Below the pieces are notes generated by a model that worked only from the letters and a program-made list of their open reading frames with translations, ran no database searches and had not been told where the DNA came from. DNA of 64,000 nt from Mobula hypostoma (Eukaryota): assembly GCF_963921235.1 (NCBI RefSeq), contig NC_086097.1:216258001-216322000 (forward strand). Reading direction: 5' to 3'. Positions 37,776 through 50,620 of the stretch are shown in pieces (positions within the stretch are counted from its first letter, which is position 1; each line of letters begins with the position of its first letter). Position numbers and translations under genes: made by a program.

Positions 37776-40530
37776 TGTTCAGACCATCTCTTGGTCAGCA
37801 TTTGATTTGACAATGGACTTCTCATGGAGTCCAATGGTGGAATACAGAGTTCCTAAATTCCCCAGCACTTGCACTGCAGAATCAATTCATTAATTTATAG
37901 TCTTATTGCACTGCACATCAGGATGGACAGGTACAGTGTCTCAATTATCTGAATAGAGAGGGATCCGGTAATTTTAGTTATTTTGCTTATTTTGAGTTAA
38001 AATGTATTAAATTGTATATATGTTTTATGTGTTTTGGTTTTGATTTAATTATTCCTATATTTTAACGTTTTTTAAACATTTAATTGATCAATTTTTAACA
38101 GATTTTGCACTTTTTTTTTGGTTTCTGAATATAAGAACCAGAAAGCTTCGCCTGTTGTCAAATTTCTTTTCAGCACTTCAGTGGATGGGGCTTGTCTGGG
38201 CTCACCCTTCCCTGCTCATCCTTTTCTTTCTTCCCACATCATCTTCCGCCCAACATGATGGAATTCATGTGTGCAAGGTCTTTCCCCTGTGCAGTGTCTC
38301 ACTGTTGAAGTCTGGACAGCACTGCAAACGAGGTTAAGTCAAAGCAAATGCAGGTCAGTAATATCCATGACGCCCAATAAATATTGTCACACATTCTGGG
38401 CCATTATTGCACCTGATTCTGATGTCTCCATTGTTCAAATGCATGTATGTATGCCCTACTCAAAATTCAAGTGATTATACCATTTACTAAGTCCATGAAA
38501 AGTAAGGAAGAGAGAATCAGTGACAACATAGTGTCATTGACTTAACTTCCACCTGACATCCCCATGTCTACCATTTTAGTTATTACTCACGAACAGAACT
38601 CCATGAAGTTTTATGCTGAGTAAAGGACTGTTGTTTCCATTATCATATAGCACTTGTCAGCAAACAGCAATGTCTTCTCTTTTGTTTAATTAATTTTAGG
38701 TGCAATTAAACAGGCAATTAGAGACGGGCATAAATGTTGGCCTTCCTGCTGGTGTGCATAACCTGTAAAATTAATGAATCAATATTTATAATTGATAATT
38801 ATCTAATTATACAGCCTAAGCAATGGTCCATTTTGAAATTTTCACAGAATCAAAAAAAACATGTAGAAACATTAACTGCTATCAATATTTAAAAGGTTTG
38901 ACATGAACTGATTGCTGCTGTGGACACTATAAATTACTCTATGATGATATCATGGATTGCACAGTGTAATACTATAAAACTTCAAGTATTATATTAGTCA
39001 GTAGGCATAATGTCACCCTTAAACATAAGACACTGAATTAAAAGTCACAGTGGCATATACACATTTACAACCTTTAATACAGCAAAACATCTAAGACATA
39101 TCTTATGAGCATTATCAACGTTTCGATATCATGCCACGTGAAGTACTTGGACAGATGATCAAAATTTCCACAAAGCACGCAGGTTTTGAAGGTGCAAAGC
39201 AGAAAAGAAGCAAAAAAAGGACATCAATTGAAAAGATTTATGGTGGGAATTTTAGAACTTAGACCTATAGTAGCCAAAAAGGAGGTTAAAGTATTTTATA
39301 AGGGAATGGCAAAAAGGGATCAGAACAAGCAATAAATGGAGCTGGAGAAGAATAAAACATTAGGTGAGTGTAAAGCAGTGGAAAAGAGCAGCACTTTACT
39401 TGGAACCAATGTAGGTCAGTGACCCCAACATGGTGGGTGAATGTGTCTTTGAGTGATTTTGGATACAGTGACCTGAGTTTTTGGTGACCTCATATTTATG
39501 AAGCATAGAGTAAGCTACACCAGTTGAAATACTCTTGAATAGTTAAGACTAAAGGGAACAAAGTTATGGATGCAGAGAAGATGAGAAAGAGATATACAGA
39601 ATACTACGGAAGTGTAGTCATCTCTATGTTTATAATTACTTTTGCCACCAACTAGTACTTTTGCTTTCCCATAATTCAGAAATTCCCAGATACTGAAGAT
39701 TACATGTAGAATATGAGTCACTATGGATTATATACAGTACATATTGGCAGTTTCTCACTGAACATTAAATGGATTGGCAAGTCAGCCCATAAACCTTGTT
39801 ATTCCCTTGCAATTTGAAATTGAAACCCCAAAATGTCTAATGCATTCTTTCAAGTTAAATATAAATCTGGAAGGTTCTGCCTAACTTCCGTCCAAAATTA
39901 TTGTCACTCTTCCAAGAGCAAAATTATGTAAATGTTGGCTGCAGGAGGGTTACATATGTGCAATGTAATTTTTCTCCTCTGAGAGCAGTAATTTTAAATG
40001 ACTTTGTATTCACCATATCCAAAGAATGCCATTGTATTTCCAGTGGAGCTTTGAATAAGAATTAAAATTAATGCCCTAGGCTGCAATAGTGTTGGAATCA
40101 GTGTTGACTTGAAACATTCCAGATTTTTGAGAGAATAAATCAAATTGGGAATCCAATTTTAATAAGGCTCTGAATCCAAACTAGAGAAGTTCATCCAATC
40201 TGAATTCTACATATGTGTTTCTTTGGTGTTCTCATGTATTGTAAGGCATTCTATGCTGAATAAATCAAGTTTTGGGACTTTTGAGTAGAAGTTCACTATC
40301 TAAAACAATCTTCTGCATCTCTTATCTCAGGAGAGAATGAGAAGCATCAACCAATTTGTACTTATGGTTGAATGTGATTACAAATATATCAACCTGCCTT
40401 TATCACTCACATGCTGGTTTCATCATTGTTGAAGCTTGGGATGTTCTTGAAGCCCCTTCTTCCCATTAGTGTTCTTAATTATCTGCCACTATTGGTGATG
40501 TGATATGGCAAGAATGCAGAGTTACATTCA

Positions 40531-43500
40531 TAGAAGCATAGAAAATAGGTGCAGGAGTAGGCCATTCGGCCCTTCGAGCCTGCACCGCCATTTATTATGA
40601 TCATGGCTGATCATCCAACTCAGAACCCAGCCTTCCCTCCATACCCCCTGACCCCTGTAGCCACAAGGGCCATATCTAACTTCCTTTTAAACATAGCTAA
40701 TGAACTGGCCTCAACAGTTTGCTGTGGCAGAGAATTCCACAGATTCACCACTCTCTGTGTGAAGAAGTTTTTCCTAATCTCGGTCCTAAAAGGCTTCCCC
40801 TCTATCCTCAAACTGTGACCCCTCGTTCTAGACCTCCCCAACATCGGGAACAATCTTCCCGCATCTAGCCTGTCCAATCCCTTTAGGATCTTATACGTTT
40901 CAATCAGATCCCCCCTCAATCTTCTAAATTCCAACGAGTACAAGCCCAGTTCATCCAGTCTTTCTTCATATGAAAGACCTGCCATCCCAGGAATCAATCT
41001 GGTGAACCTTCTTTGTACTCCCACTATGGCAAAGATGTCTTTCCTCAGATTAGGGGACCAAAACTGCACACAATACTCCAGGTGTGGTCTCACCAAGGCC
41101 TTGTACAACTGCAGTAGTACCTCCCTGCTCCTGTACTCGAATCCTCTCGCTATAAATGCCAGCATACCATTCGCCTTTTTCACCGCCTGCTGTACCTGCA
41201 TGCCCACTTTCAATGACTGGTGTATAATGACACCCAGGTCTCGTTGCACCTCCCCTTTTCCTAATCGGCCACCATTCAGATAATAATCTGTTTTCCTATT
41301 TTTGCCACCAAAGTGGATAACTTCACATTTATCCACATTAAATTGCATCTGCCATGAGTTTGCCCACTCACCCAACCTATCCAAGTCACCCTGCATCCTC
41401 TTAGCATCCTCCTCACTGCTAACACTGCCACCCAGCTTCGTGTCATCCGCAAACTTGGAGATGCTGCATTTAATTCCCTCATCCAAGTCATTAATATATA
41501 TTGTAAACAACTGGGGTCCCAGCACTGAGCCTTGCGGTACCCCACTAGTCACCGCCTGCCATTCTGAAAAGGTCCCGTTTATTCCCACTCTTTGCTTCCT
41601 GTCTGCTAACCAATTCTCCACCCACACCAATACCTTACCCCCAATACCGTGTGCTTTAAGTTTGCACACTAATCTCCTGTGTGGGACCTTGTCAAAAGCC
41701 TTTTGAAAATCCAAATATACCACATCCACTGGTTCTCCCCTATCCACTCTACTAGTTACATCCTCAAAAAATTCTATGAGATTTGTCAGACATGATTTTC
41801 CTTTCACAAATCCATGCTGACTTTGTCCGATCATTTCACCGCTTTCCAAATGTGCTGTTATCACATCCTTGATAACTGACTCCAGCAGTTTCCCCACCAC
41901 CGACGTTAAGCTAACCGGCCTATAATTCCCCGGTTTCTCTCTCCCTCATTTTTTAAAAAGTGGGGTTACATTAGCCACCCTCCAATCCTCAGGAACTAGT
42001 CCAGAATCTAACGAGTTTTGAAAAATTATCACTAATGCATCCACTATTTCTTGGGCTACTTCCTTAAGCACTCTGGGATGCAGACCATCTGGCCCTGGGG
42101 ATTTATCTGCCTTCAATCCCTTCAATTTACCTAACACCACTTCCCTACTAACATGTATTTCACTCAGTTCCTCCATCTCACTTGTCCCTCTGTCCCTTAC
42201 TATTTCTGGAAGATTATTTATGTCCTCCTTAGTGAAGACAGAACCAAAGTAATTATTCAATTGGTCTGCCATGTCCTTGCTCCCCATAATCAATTCACCT
42301 GTTTCTGTCTGCAGGGGACCTACATTTGTCTTTATCAGTCTTTTCCTTTTTACATATCTATAAAAGCTTTTACAGTCCGTTTTTATGTTCTCTGCCAGTT
42401 TTCTCTCATAATCTTTTTTCCCCTTCCTAATTAAGCCCTTTGTCCTCCTCTGCTGAACTCTGAATTTCTCCCAGTCCTCAGGTGAGCCACTTTCTCTGGC
42501 TAATTTGTATGCTACTTCTTTGGAATTGATACTATCCCTAATTTCTTTTGTCAGCCATGGGTGCACTACCTTCCTTGATTTATTCTTTTGCCAAACTGGG
42601 ATGAACAATTGTTGTAGTTCATCCATGCAACCTTTAAATGCTTGCCATTGCATATCCACCGTCAATCCTTTAAGTGTCATTTGCCAGTCTATCTTAGCTA
42701 ATTCACGTCTCATACCTTCAAAGTTACCCCTCTTTAAGTTCAGAACCTTTGTTTCTGAATTAACTATGTCACTCTCCATGTTAATGAAGAATTCCACCAT
42801 ATTATGGTCACTCTTACCCAAGGGGCCTCTCACAACAAGATCGCTAATGAACCCTTCCTCATTGCTCAAAACCCAGTCCAGAATAGCCTGCTCTCTAGTT
42901 GGTTCCTCGACATGTTGGTTCAAAAAACCATCCCGCATACATTCCAAGAAATCCTCTTCCTCAGCACCTTTACCAATTTGGTTCACCCAGTCTACATGTA
43001 GATTGAAATCACCCATTATAACTGCTGTTCCTTTATTGCACACATTTCTAATTTCCTGTTCAATACCATCTCCGACCTCACTACTACTGTTAGGTGGCCT
43101 GTACACAACTCCCACCAGCGTCTTCTGCCCCTTAGTGTTACGCAGCTCTACCCATATCGATTCCACATCTTCCCGGCTTATGTCCTTCCTTTCTATTGCG
43201 TTAATCTCTCCTTTAACCAGCAACGCCACCCCACCTCCCCTTCCTTCATGTCTATCCCTCCTGAATATTGAATATCCCTGAACGTTGAGCTCCCATCCCT
43301 GGTCGCCCTGGAGCCATGTCTCTGTGATCCCAACTATATCATAATCATTAATAACAATCTGCACTTTCAATTCATCCACCTTATTACGAATGCTCCTTGC
43401 ATTGACACATAAAGCCTTCAGGCGCTCTTTTACATTACTCTCTTAGCCCTTTTTAATGCTTGCCCTGGATTTGTCGGCCTGCCACTTTTACTTTTCTCCT

Positions 43501-43765
43501 TTGTACTTTTTGCTTCTACGCTCACTTTACACCCCTCTGTCTCTCTGCACTGGTTCCCATCCCTCTGTTGTGAACTAACCTCCTCACGCCTAGCCTCTTT
43601 AATTTGATTCCCACCCCCCAACCATTCTAGTTTAAAGTCACCTCAGTAGCCCCCGCTAATCTCCCTGCCAGGATATTGGTCCCCCTAGGATTCAAGTGTA
43701 ACCTGTCCTTTTTGTACAGGTCACGCCTGCACCAAAAGAGGTCCCAATGATCCAAAAACTTGAAT
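40531..43765 (-). mobile_element. Young CR1 LINE with an apparently complete ORF2 and the 3' end of ORF1
   Basis: ORF1 tail (FLDHWDLFW..LNPRGTNILAG), followed by APE and RT. Candidate TSD cattca (40525-40530 and 43766-43771). Confidence 0.96.
40620..43443 (-). pseudogene. CR1 ORF2 (AP endonuclease plus reverse transcriptase) with a single premature TGA
   Basis: ORFs 41946-43379 and 40620-41900 are in the same frame. The codon at 41946-41948 is TGA where sister copies have GGA (PLFKK-G-G). APE motifs GITETWL, GVVYRPP, MGDFN and SDH are present. Confidence 0.9.
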
Positions 43766-44816
43766 CATTCAATAGTTCTTAAGCCTCTCCAGCTTGATAA
43801 TCCCCAATAGTAAGGAAGCACCAGACCATGAGGTCAACAATTGTAATGGTTCATATTTCTGTTGCTGATAGTCCACAGCCAGTCATAGATTTCTAATTGT
43901 GAGGTGCTAGATCTGATCTGATACTATCCCATTTAGCATGAATTTAGTGTAACATAATACGACAGACAGAGCTTTCAGTGTGAAGAGAGAACTTTGTTCT
44001 ATAAATTTGATGAAATGCTTGATATTAACTCTTCCATTTAGAAGTTGGTGGATAATAAAGGCATATATTTTTTCTCTTGTGTTATATAGCAAGACTAATG
44101 CACAATACATCTTCAATAAATATTTAGTTTGTATTGGGTGACTAGCAACAATAGGTCATGTTCTGGTCAAGCATATTCTGACATTTTTTCAATGGTTTGA
44201 AAACATGATTCACACTGACCAAGATACCTCTTGATCATTTGTTTAATGAACTTAACAAGCTTAGAATTCCAGCAGAGTTCTTACATGATTTGCTGTAGTT
44301 CATCCAATATTATCCGCAGTAAATCTTTATTTTCAAAGCATGTCTGACAAAAATTGTATGATTTTCCATTGGCGAGTAAATGTGCTAACCACAGCTCAAC
44401 CAAAATACAATTTATGTGAAATTTATGATTTGAGGCTTTGCAGAGAAAACATATGGGCTTATGTAGCAGCAAGCATTGTGCAAAATCACTTCAGGAGCAA
44501 CCTTGAGCATTTAAAATAAATTTGTATTGCACATCTTTGATTTGCCAAAGCTCAACTCTGAAAAGAATTTTTTCTGTCGTAGGATGATAGTACCACATGG
44601 AATACCATCAGCCCTTTGTGCCTGAAAGAGCCAACCTATTTACTTTACTATCGAACGGCATCTGGTCTGTTCATTTTCTGCCAAATTCAAAACGTCAACA
44701 GGTGCACAAGAGTTTATTGCTTACAAAGTCCAGAAAGAAAAAAATGCTTCTCTCTTTGCAAGCTCGAATACTGATCACAGTCAAAGTTATTAATTTGCAG
44801 TTTCAATATCAACATT

Positions 44817-45365
44817 AAGACCCAAAGTAGATCTGGAGACTGCTTCGCCGAGCACCTACACTCTGTCCACCAGAAAAAGCGGGATCTCCCAGTGGCCACC
44901 CATTTTAATTCCACTTCCTATTCCTGTTCCAATATGTCAGTCATGGCCTCTTCAACTGTCATGATGAGGCCACACTCAGGTTGGAGGAACAATACCTTAT
45001 ATTCCAATTGGGTAGCCTCCAACCTGATGGCATAAACATTGATTTCTCAAACTTCTCGTAATGCTCCACCCCGCTTCACCATTCCCCATTCCCGTTTCTT
45101 GCTCTCACATTATCTCCTTACCTGCCCATCACCTCCGTCTAGTGCTTCTCCCCTTCTTCTTTCTTCCATGGCCTTCTGTCCTCTGCTATCAGATTCTGAC
45201 TTCTCCAGCCCTGTATCTCTTTAATCTATTAACTTCCCAGCTCTCTACTTCACGCCCCTCCTGGTTTCACCTATCACCTTGTATTTCTCCCTGCCCTCCA
45301 GCCCACCTTCTTACTTTGACTCCTCTTTTTCTCCAGTCCTGAAGAAAGGTCTCGGTCCGACTGTA
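44817..45365 (+). mobile_element. Penelope-like element 3' fragment
   Basis: Homologous to the GIY-YIG C-terminus at 1945-2140. Ends in the hammerhead remnant agtcctgaagaaaggtctcggtccga. Confidence 0.8.
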
Positions 45366-46330
45366 CTTTTACAGCTTTTGTTTTCAGATTTCTGACATCT
45401 ATCATTTTCCCTTACCTCTATTTCAAACATCCTTTTTATGAAGAAGTGGTTGATATTCACTCAACAACAGCCAGTGGAAGTGTGGTTGAGTTTATGGCCT
45501 CACTGTGTGAGGGCATCAGAGGCATCCATCCTCACGTCATTACTGCATCGAACACTACAACAACTTGCAGTTATAGGGCCTCCTACACAACTTGCAATTA
45601 ATATAGAAAAACTATCAAGAACACTATCAAATATTGAATACATTCATCTATGTAAAGAAGCTTAAGGGTCGATGACTACTAACTCGTTCAAGTCATTAGT
45701 TCATGAGGAATATTTTAATGGGGGAACTGGGAGAGAGGAACTGGTGGAAAAGATCTACCAGTTCCTCTTTTGGCTGCTGAAGGCACAGCCATCATTCAAG
45801 AGGGCCAGAATTAAAGGAACTGCATAAGGATTTTGGAGGAGTGGTGACCTGAGGAAGATTGCAGCGATATGAAAGGCTCAGTTCATTGAGGGAAAATGAG
45901 CATGAGAACTTCAAAGTCAAAGCATTGTTGGAGCTAGAGCCAATATAAGATTGAGAGTGATGTAATGTATGACCTGGGTAACATAAGTGTAGCCTGTAGA
46001 GTCTTCAAAGAATTTGGTGAAATCCCCAACTTTCATCAATTAGGATGAGAACCTTGATAGACTTATCTATTTTCTTTGGAGCAGAGGAGACTGCAAGGGG
46101 AATGTGAAAGAGACAAACAAAATCACTTGGCAGAGAGAAAAAGTTGATGACTAAGGAATGTTATGGCAGCCAAGGACTATGGACATACACAGCTTTTAAG
46201 AGAGAGTAGTTTCTACATCAGAAAATAAACAACACTTAAGAAACTTTAATATTGCATAAATTATCTAATATACATTTGATAATTCTATCCACTGAAAAAA
46301 ATCCCATTTAAAATATGCCTTTTATTTAGA

Positions 46331-46332
<2 letters not shown>

Positions 46333-46363
<31 letters not shown>
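46333..46363. repeat. (GA)n microsatellite
   Basis: Pure GA run. Confidence 0.97.
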
Positions 46364-46367
<4 letters not shown>

Positions 46368-47393
46368 ACACAATCACACAGCCCTTCACTGTGATATCAG
46401 AAGCATGGTAATGTCATGCTGACTGCTAATTATAATGACTGTAGCATCAAAATAGTCCTTAGCTGGATGCTTCAACTGGGGGCCAGTACTTTGCATGGCT
46501 GATACCAATTAAAGCTGGCTTGCACTTGTTAAAGCTACTTTGCGTCCTTCAAAAGGCTGGTGCACCCTAGGTGGAGCAAAGGTGTCAGGTGCTCCTTGGT
46601 GGCTTGTGGAAAAGTGAGAACTGGCACAGGGCAGGAAAGAATAGGCTTCATGGTTTTCAGTTTCAGGTGGATAGGGGAGGGATGCCTGTGTCTATCTGCA
46701 GGGGTCTTGTGACTCTGTAGACAAGTGCTACAAAGTTAGTGGGTGCAATTAATTTCGGCAGAGAATGGTCAATGCTTCCCTATGCATCAAGATCCAATTG
46801 CACATCACACTAGCTACACTACTTGAGGGTATGGTACAGGCAGATACTCTCTCAATTTCTAATGAATGTCCAGAAGAGCACTTTAACCACCAAGGCATAG
46901 AGGACTACAAACCAAGTATGACTAAATGAAATGAGTTTAGATGAGTGTTTGATGGTCTGCATCAATAAAGAGGGCTGAAGGGCCTTTTACTGTGCAGTAG
47001 GTCCAACAGTCTTTGACTCTGGCATTAGGCTCATAACGTTCAAATCAGTCTCCTAAAATAATCTCAATCGGTCAGGACAAATTCATACACAGAACCATAC
47101 TCTCTCACACTAACTAATACCACATAAGGCATAACCATGTCTCACAGGTTCTATGTACCATCAGATATACATTTGTAGTAGCCCAATCATACAAATGGAT
47201 GCCACAACTCCCAATAGCACATTTCTCTCACGTTTGAAATGGAGCTAGAACTCAGTGGGATTTTGCAAAGATTAACCAGAGGGGACATGCAAGTTTGCAT
47301 GGACCACATCACCACCTCTACTCCCACTGTCCTCCTATCCTCACATCCTGATTTTTCATCTCAGATTTCTGTGAATTGCAATATACCAGGAGG

Positions 47394-48422
47394 GGAGGAG
47401 AAGATGGCGGCGCGATTCAGCGCGTGCGGCTGCTCTGAATTGATATCATATTTGTGAAGTAGGATGCTGTGAATAATCCTGATTTGATGGAGACAGCCAT
47501 GAGAAGCACGGAGGAACACCTAGAGAAACTTCTGAAATGCCCGCTTTGCTGCCGCTTCTACTGTGCTATCGACAATCTCCGGAGGGGAAGGCCCCAAATC
47601 CTCGGCCTTGCCGTTTGCCTGTTGCCAGGACCGGGGTCGAAGCACTCGGCAGAGATGGTGCTCGGTGCATGGTGTTGGAGAGCTGGTCGGAGGCTCGAAG
47701 TTTTCGGACGGACTCAAAGTTGGACTGTGGTCGGGTGCTTCCAGGATGCTGCATCGGCAAGTTTGCGGCGTTGGAAGCTCATGGCAGGAAGAGTTTCTTC
47801 CTTCTACTGTCTGCATGAGATGATGGGACTTTTGAGAGACTTTGAGACTTTTTTTTTACCGTGCCCATGGTCTGTTCTTCTATCAAATTACGGTATTGCT
47901 TGCCCTGTTGTAACTATATGTTATAATTATGTGTTTTTTGTCAGCTTTTTTAGTCTTGGTTTGTCTTGTGTTTCTGTGTGCTGGGGCAGCAGGCTGAGGA
48001 TAGCAGACACCAACAGAATCAACAAACTCATCCGTAAGGCCAGTGAAGTTGTGGGGATGGAACTGGACTCTCTCACAGTGGTGTCTGAAAAGAGGATGCT
48101 GTCTAAGTTGCATGCCATCTTGGTCAATGTCTCCCATCCATTACACAATGTACTGGGTGGGTACAGGAGTACATTCAGCCAGAGGCTCATTCCACCAAGA
48201 TGCAACACAGAGCGTCATAGGAAGTCATTCCTGCATGTGGCCATCAAACTTTACAACTCCTCCCTTGGAGGGTCAGACACCCTGAGCTGGTCCTGGACTT
48301 ATTTCATAATTTACTGGCATAATTTACATAGTGCTATTTAACTATTTATGGTTCTATTACTATTTATTATTTATGGTGCAACTGTAACAAAAACCAATTT
48401 CCCCCGGGATCAATAAAGTACG

Positions 48423-48454
<32 letters not shown>

Positions 48455-48556
48455 ATATCATTCTGGAGGAACAAATTGTATCATTTCTTAATGCACGCAT
48501 TACTAAATGACAATAAAAGAGGACTGCGTGTCCTCATAATCTAATAATCTAATCTA
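47394..48556 (+). mobile_element. ORF-less non-autonomous retroelement, full-length copy 2, with a nested Rex1 fragment
   Basis: Starts ggaggagaagatggcggcg and ends gaggactgcgtgtcctc-ataatctaataatctaatcta. 11-bp TSD ataccaggagg (47383-47393 and 48557-48567). Confidence 0.88.
47975..48454 (+). mobile_element. Rex1/Babar-type 3' fragment (family B) with an expanded (cta)n tail
   Basis: Near-identical to 21810-22270. The host element sequence resumes at 48455. Confidence 0.88.
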
Positions 48557-48964
48557 ATACCAGGAGGAGTAGAGAGAGGAAAAGGACAACCACAGTGAAA
48601 AAAAGAACACACTCACCAGGTCAGATGCCCCAACTGTGAACAACTTACTGGATAGCAGAAAGGCAGGACCTGAGACACTGGAGATAACTCAGTGTCTCAA
48701 TGACAATGGAAAAGAATAGTCCATCTGCAGTTCAGCTGAGGGAAAAGTCACACATATTACATATAAATACAGGAGAAAGAAGAAAAGGATGAGGCTCTTT
48801 AGACTTCACCAGCATTCAGTAAGTTAAGGCTGAACTGTAACCTAATTCCTTATTCCCACCTTTTCCCAGATTGCTTCATTGCTCTGCTTAATCAAATGAT
48901 GTATTAATCTCACATTCAACAATAGTGTAGTACTATTGAACACATGCAGTGGGTAGTATGCAAT

Positions 48965-49690
48965 AATATTTCAAACTTTGGGTGACACTGTCTCAGAGGA
49001 TCTGTCCTGGACCCGTCATATAAATATAATTGCAAAGAAAGCACAACAGCACCTCTACTCCCTCAGGAGACTGGAGATTCGACATCATCATAAATCTTGA
49101 CAAACTTCCTTAGATGTGTGGTGGAAAGTGTGCACACTGGCCGCATTACAGCCTGGTATGGGAACACCAATGCCTTTGAACAGAAAATCCTACACAAGGT
49201 AGTGGATTTGGCCCAGTACATCATGGGTAAAGCCCTCCCAACCACTGAGCACATCAACATGAAACATTGCCATAGAACAGCAGCATCCATCATCAAAGAC
49301 ACTCACCACCCTGGCTATGCTGTTTTCTTGCTGCTGCCATCAGGTAGAAGGTACAGTTGCTTCAGGACTCTCACCACCGGGGTCTCTACCCCTCAACCAT
49401 CAGGCTCTTGAACAAAAGAGGATATCTACATTCATGCTATTTCTGGTGTTCCCACAACCAATAGTCTCACCTTAAGGACTCTGTATCTTGTTATTTCATG
49501 CTCTCGTTATTTATTGCTATTTACTTATATTTGTATTTGCACAGTTTGTTGTCCGTTGATCCTGTTTACAATCACCGTTCCATAGATTTGCTGAGTATGC
49601 CTGCAGGAAAAGGAACCTCAGGGTTGTGTGTGGTGACATCTAAGTACTCTGATAATAAATTGTACTTCAACTGACTTTTTGACTTTGATA
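48965..49690 (+). mobile_element. Rex1/Babar-type LINE 3' fragment, degenerate
   Basis: ORF 49097-49411 reads ITAWYGN..SIIKDTHHPGYAVF.LLPSGRRY. Tail is gataataaa..gactttttgactttga. Confidence 0.8.
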
Positions 49691-49715
49691 TTGCCTGACC
49701 ACTCTTGAAAAATTC

Positions 49716-50620
49716 TTTGGAAAGCCGAACGACACCGCATCCAATTTCTCATCCAGGCAGTGTACGATGTGCTTCCAAGCCCATCAAACCTGCACACATG
49801 GGGCAAGGCAGAGTCATCTGCGTGCCCACTGTGCTCCAAGCGAGGAACCCTGCAGCACATCCTCAGCGGCTGTGCAAGGGCACTTGGTGAGGGACGGTAC
49901 CGATGGAGGCATGATCAGGTCCTGAAGACCATCGCTGAAGCCGTCAGCGCAGGAGTTGAGTGGGTGAAGCGGTCCCGACCCTCCAAGTAGACCATTGCCT
50001 TTGTCAGAGCTGGGGAGCAGCCAATACCTGCCAAAAGAACATCTGCAGGCATTCTGACCTCTGCAAGGGACTGGCAGCTGTTGGTGGACCTCGAAGGGCA
50101 GCTGAAGTTCCCCAACCATATCGCAGCCACCACCCTGCGACCAGACATTGTCCTAGTGTCTGAGTCTACTAAGCAAGTGGTGCTGCTGGGGCTGACAGTC
50201 CCATGGGAAGATAGCTTGGAGGAGGCCTTTGAAAGGAAGCTCTCCAAGTACGCAGGACTGGTCAGCAACTGTCAGCAGGCTGGATGGAGAGCGAGGTGTC
50301 TCCCAGTGGAGGTTGGTTGTAGGGGATTCGTAGCAAGTTCTTTAGTTAGAGCCTTCAGCATTTTGGGCATCGAGGGCGAGAGGAAGAGGGGAGCCATCCA
50401 CAGCACCACCGATGTGGCAGAGAAGGCCTCAAGATGGCTGTGGCTCAAAAGAGGGGAGCCATGGAGTCATAAGTAGCTAGCCATCTGGACACAAGCTGGG
50501 GTCTGATCAGCCCCGGCTGGGTCACCTGGAGGAGGTTGTATGAAGTTGAAAGACCCGAAACACCCGATGATTCCAGGAACATCACTGAAGATGTGTCCAG
50601 AAGCATCAATAGATGTATGT
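49716..50620 (+). mobile_element. HERO-type (R2-group) non-LTR retrotransposon 3' fragment: CCHC finger, restriction-like endonuclease and 3' UTR
   Basis: Same-frame ORFs 49760-49990 and 50081-50476 are separated by one TAG. Motifs: CPLC..HILSGC, RYRWRHDQVL, LRPDIVL, LTVPWE, K.SKY, VEVGCRGF, terminal WLWLKR. Confidence 0.85.

Noticed and set aside
37775..37852. Possible 78-nt minus-strand exon ending in a perfect CAG|GTAAGT donor
   Set aside because: The acceptor lacks a polypyrimidine tract, the peptide is unrecognisable, and no partner exons were found.
42505..43281. 258-aa plus-strand ORF, and similar ORFs at 9466, 36165, 41302 and 62606
   Set aside because: These are antisense shadows of CR1 ORF2 and recur only because the LINE recurs.
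47469..48341. 290-aa ORF as a novel gene
   Set aside because: It is a chance read-through from the ORF-less element into a nested Rex1 fragment. The equivalent frame is not preserved in the other copies.
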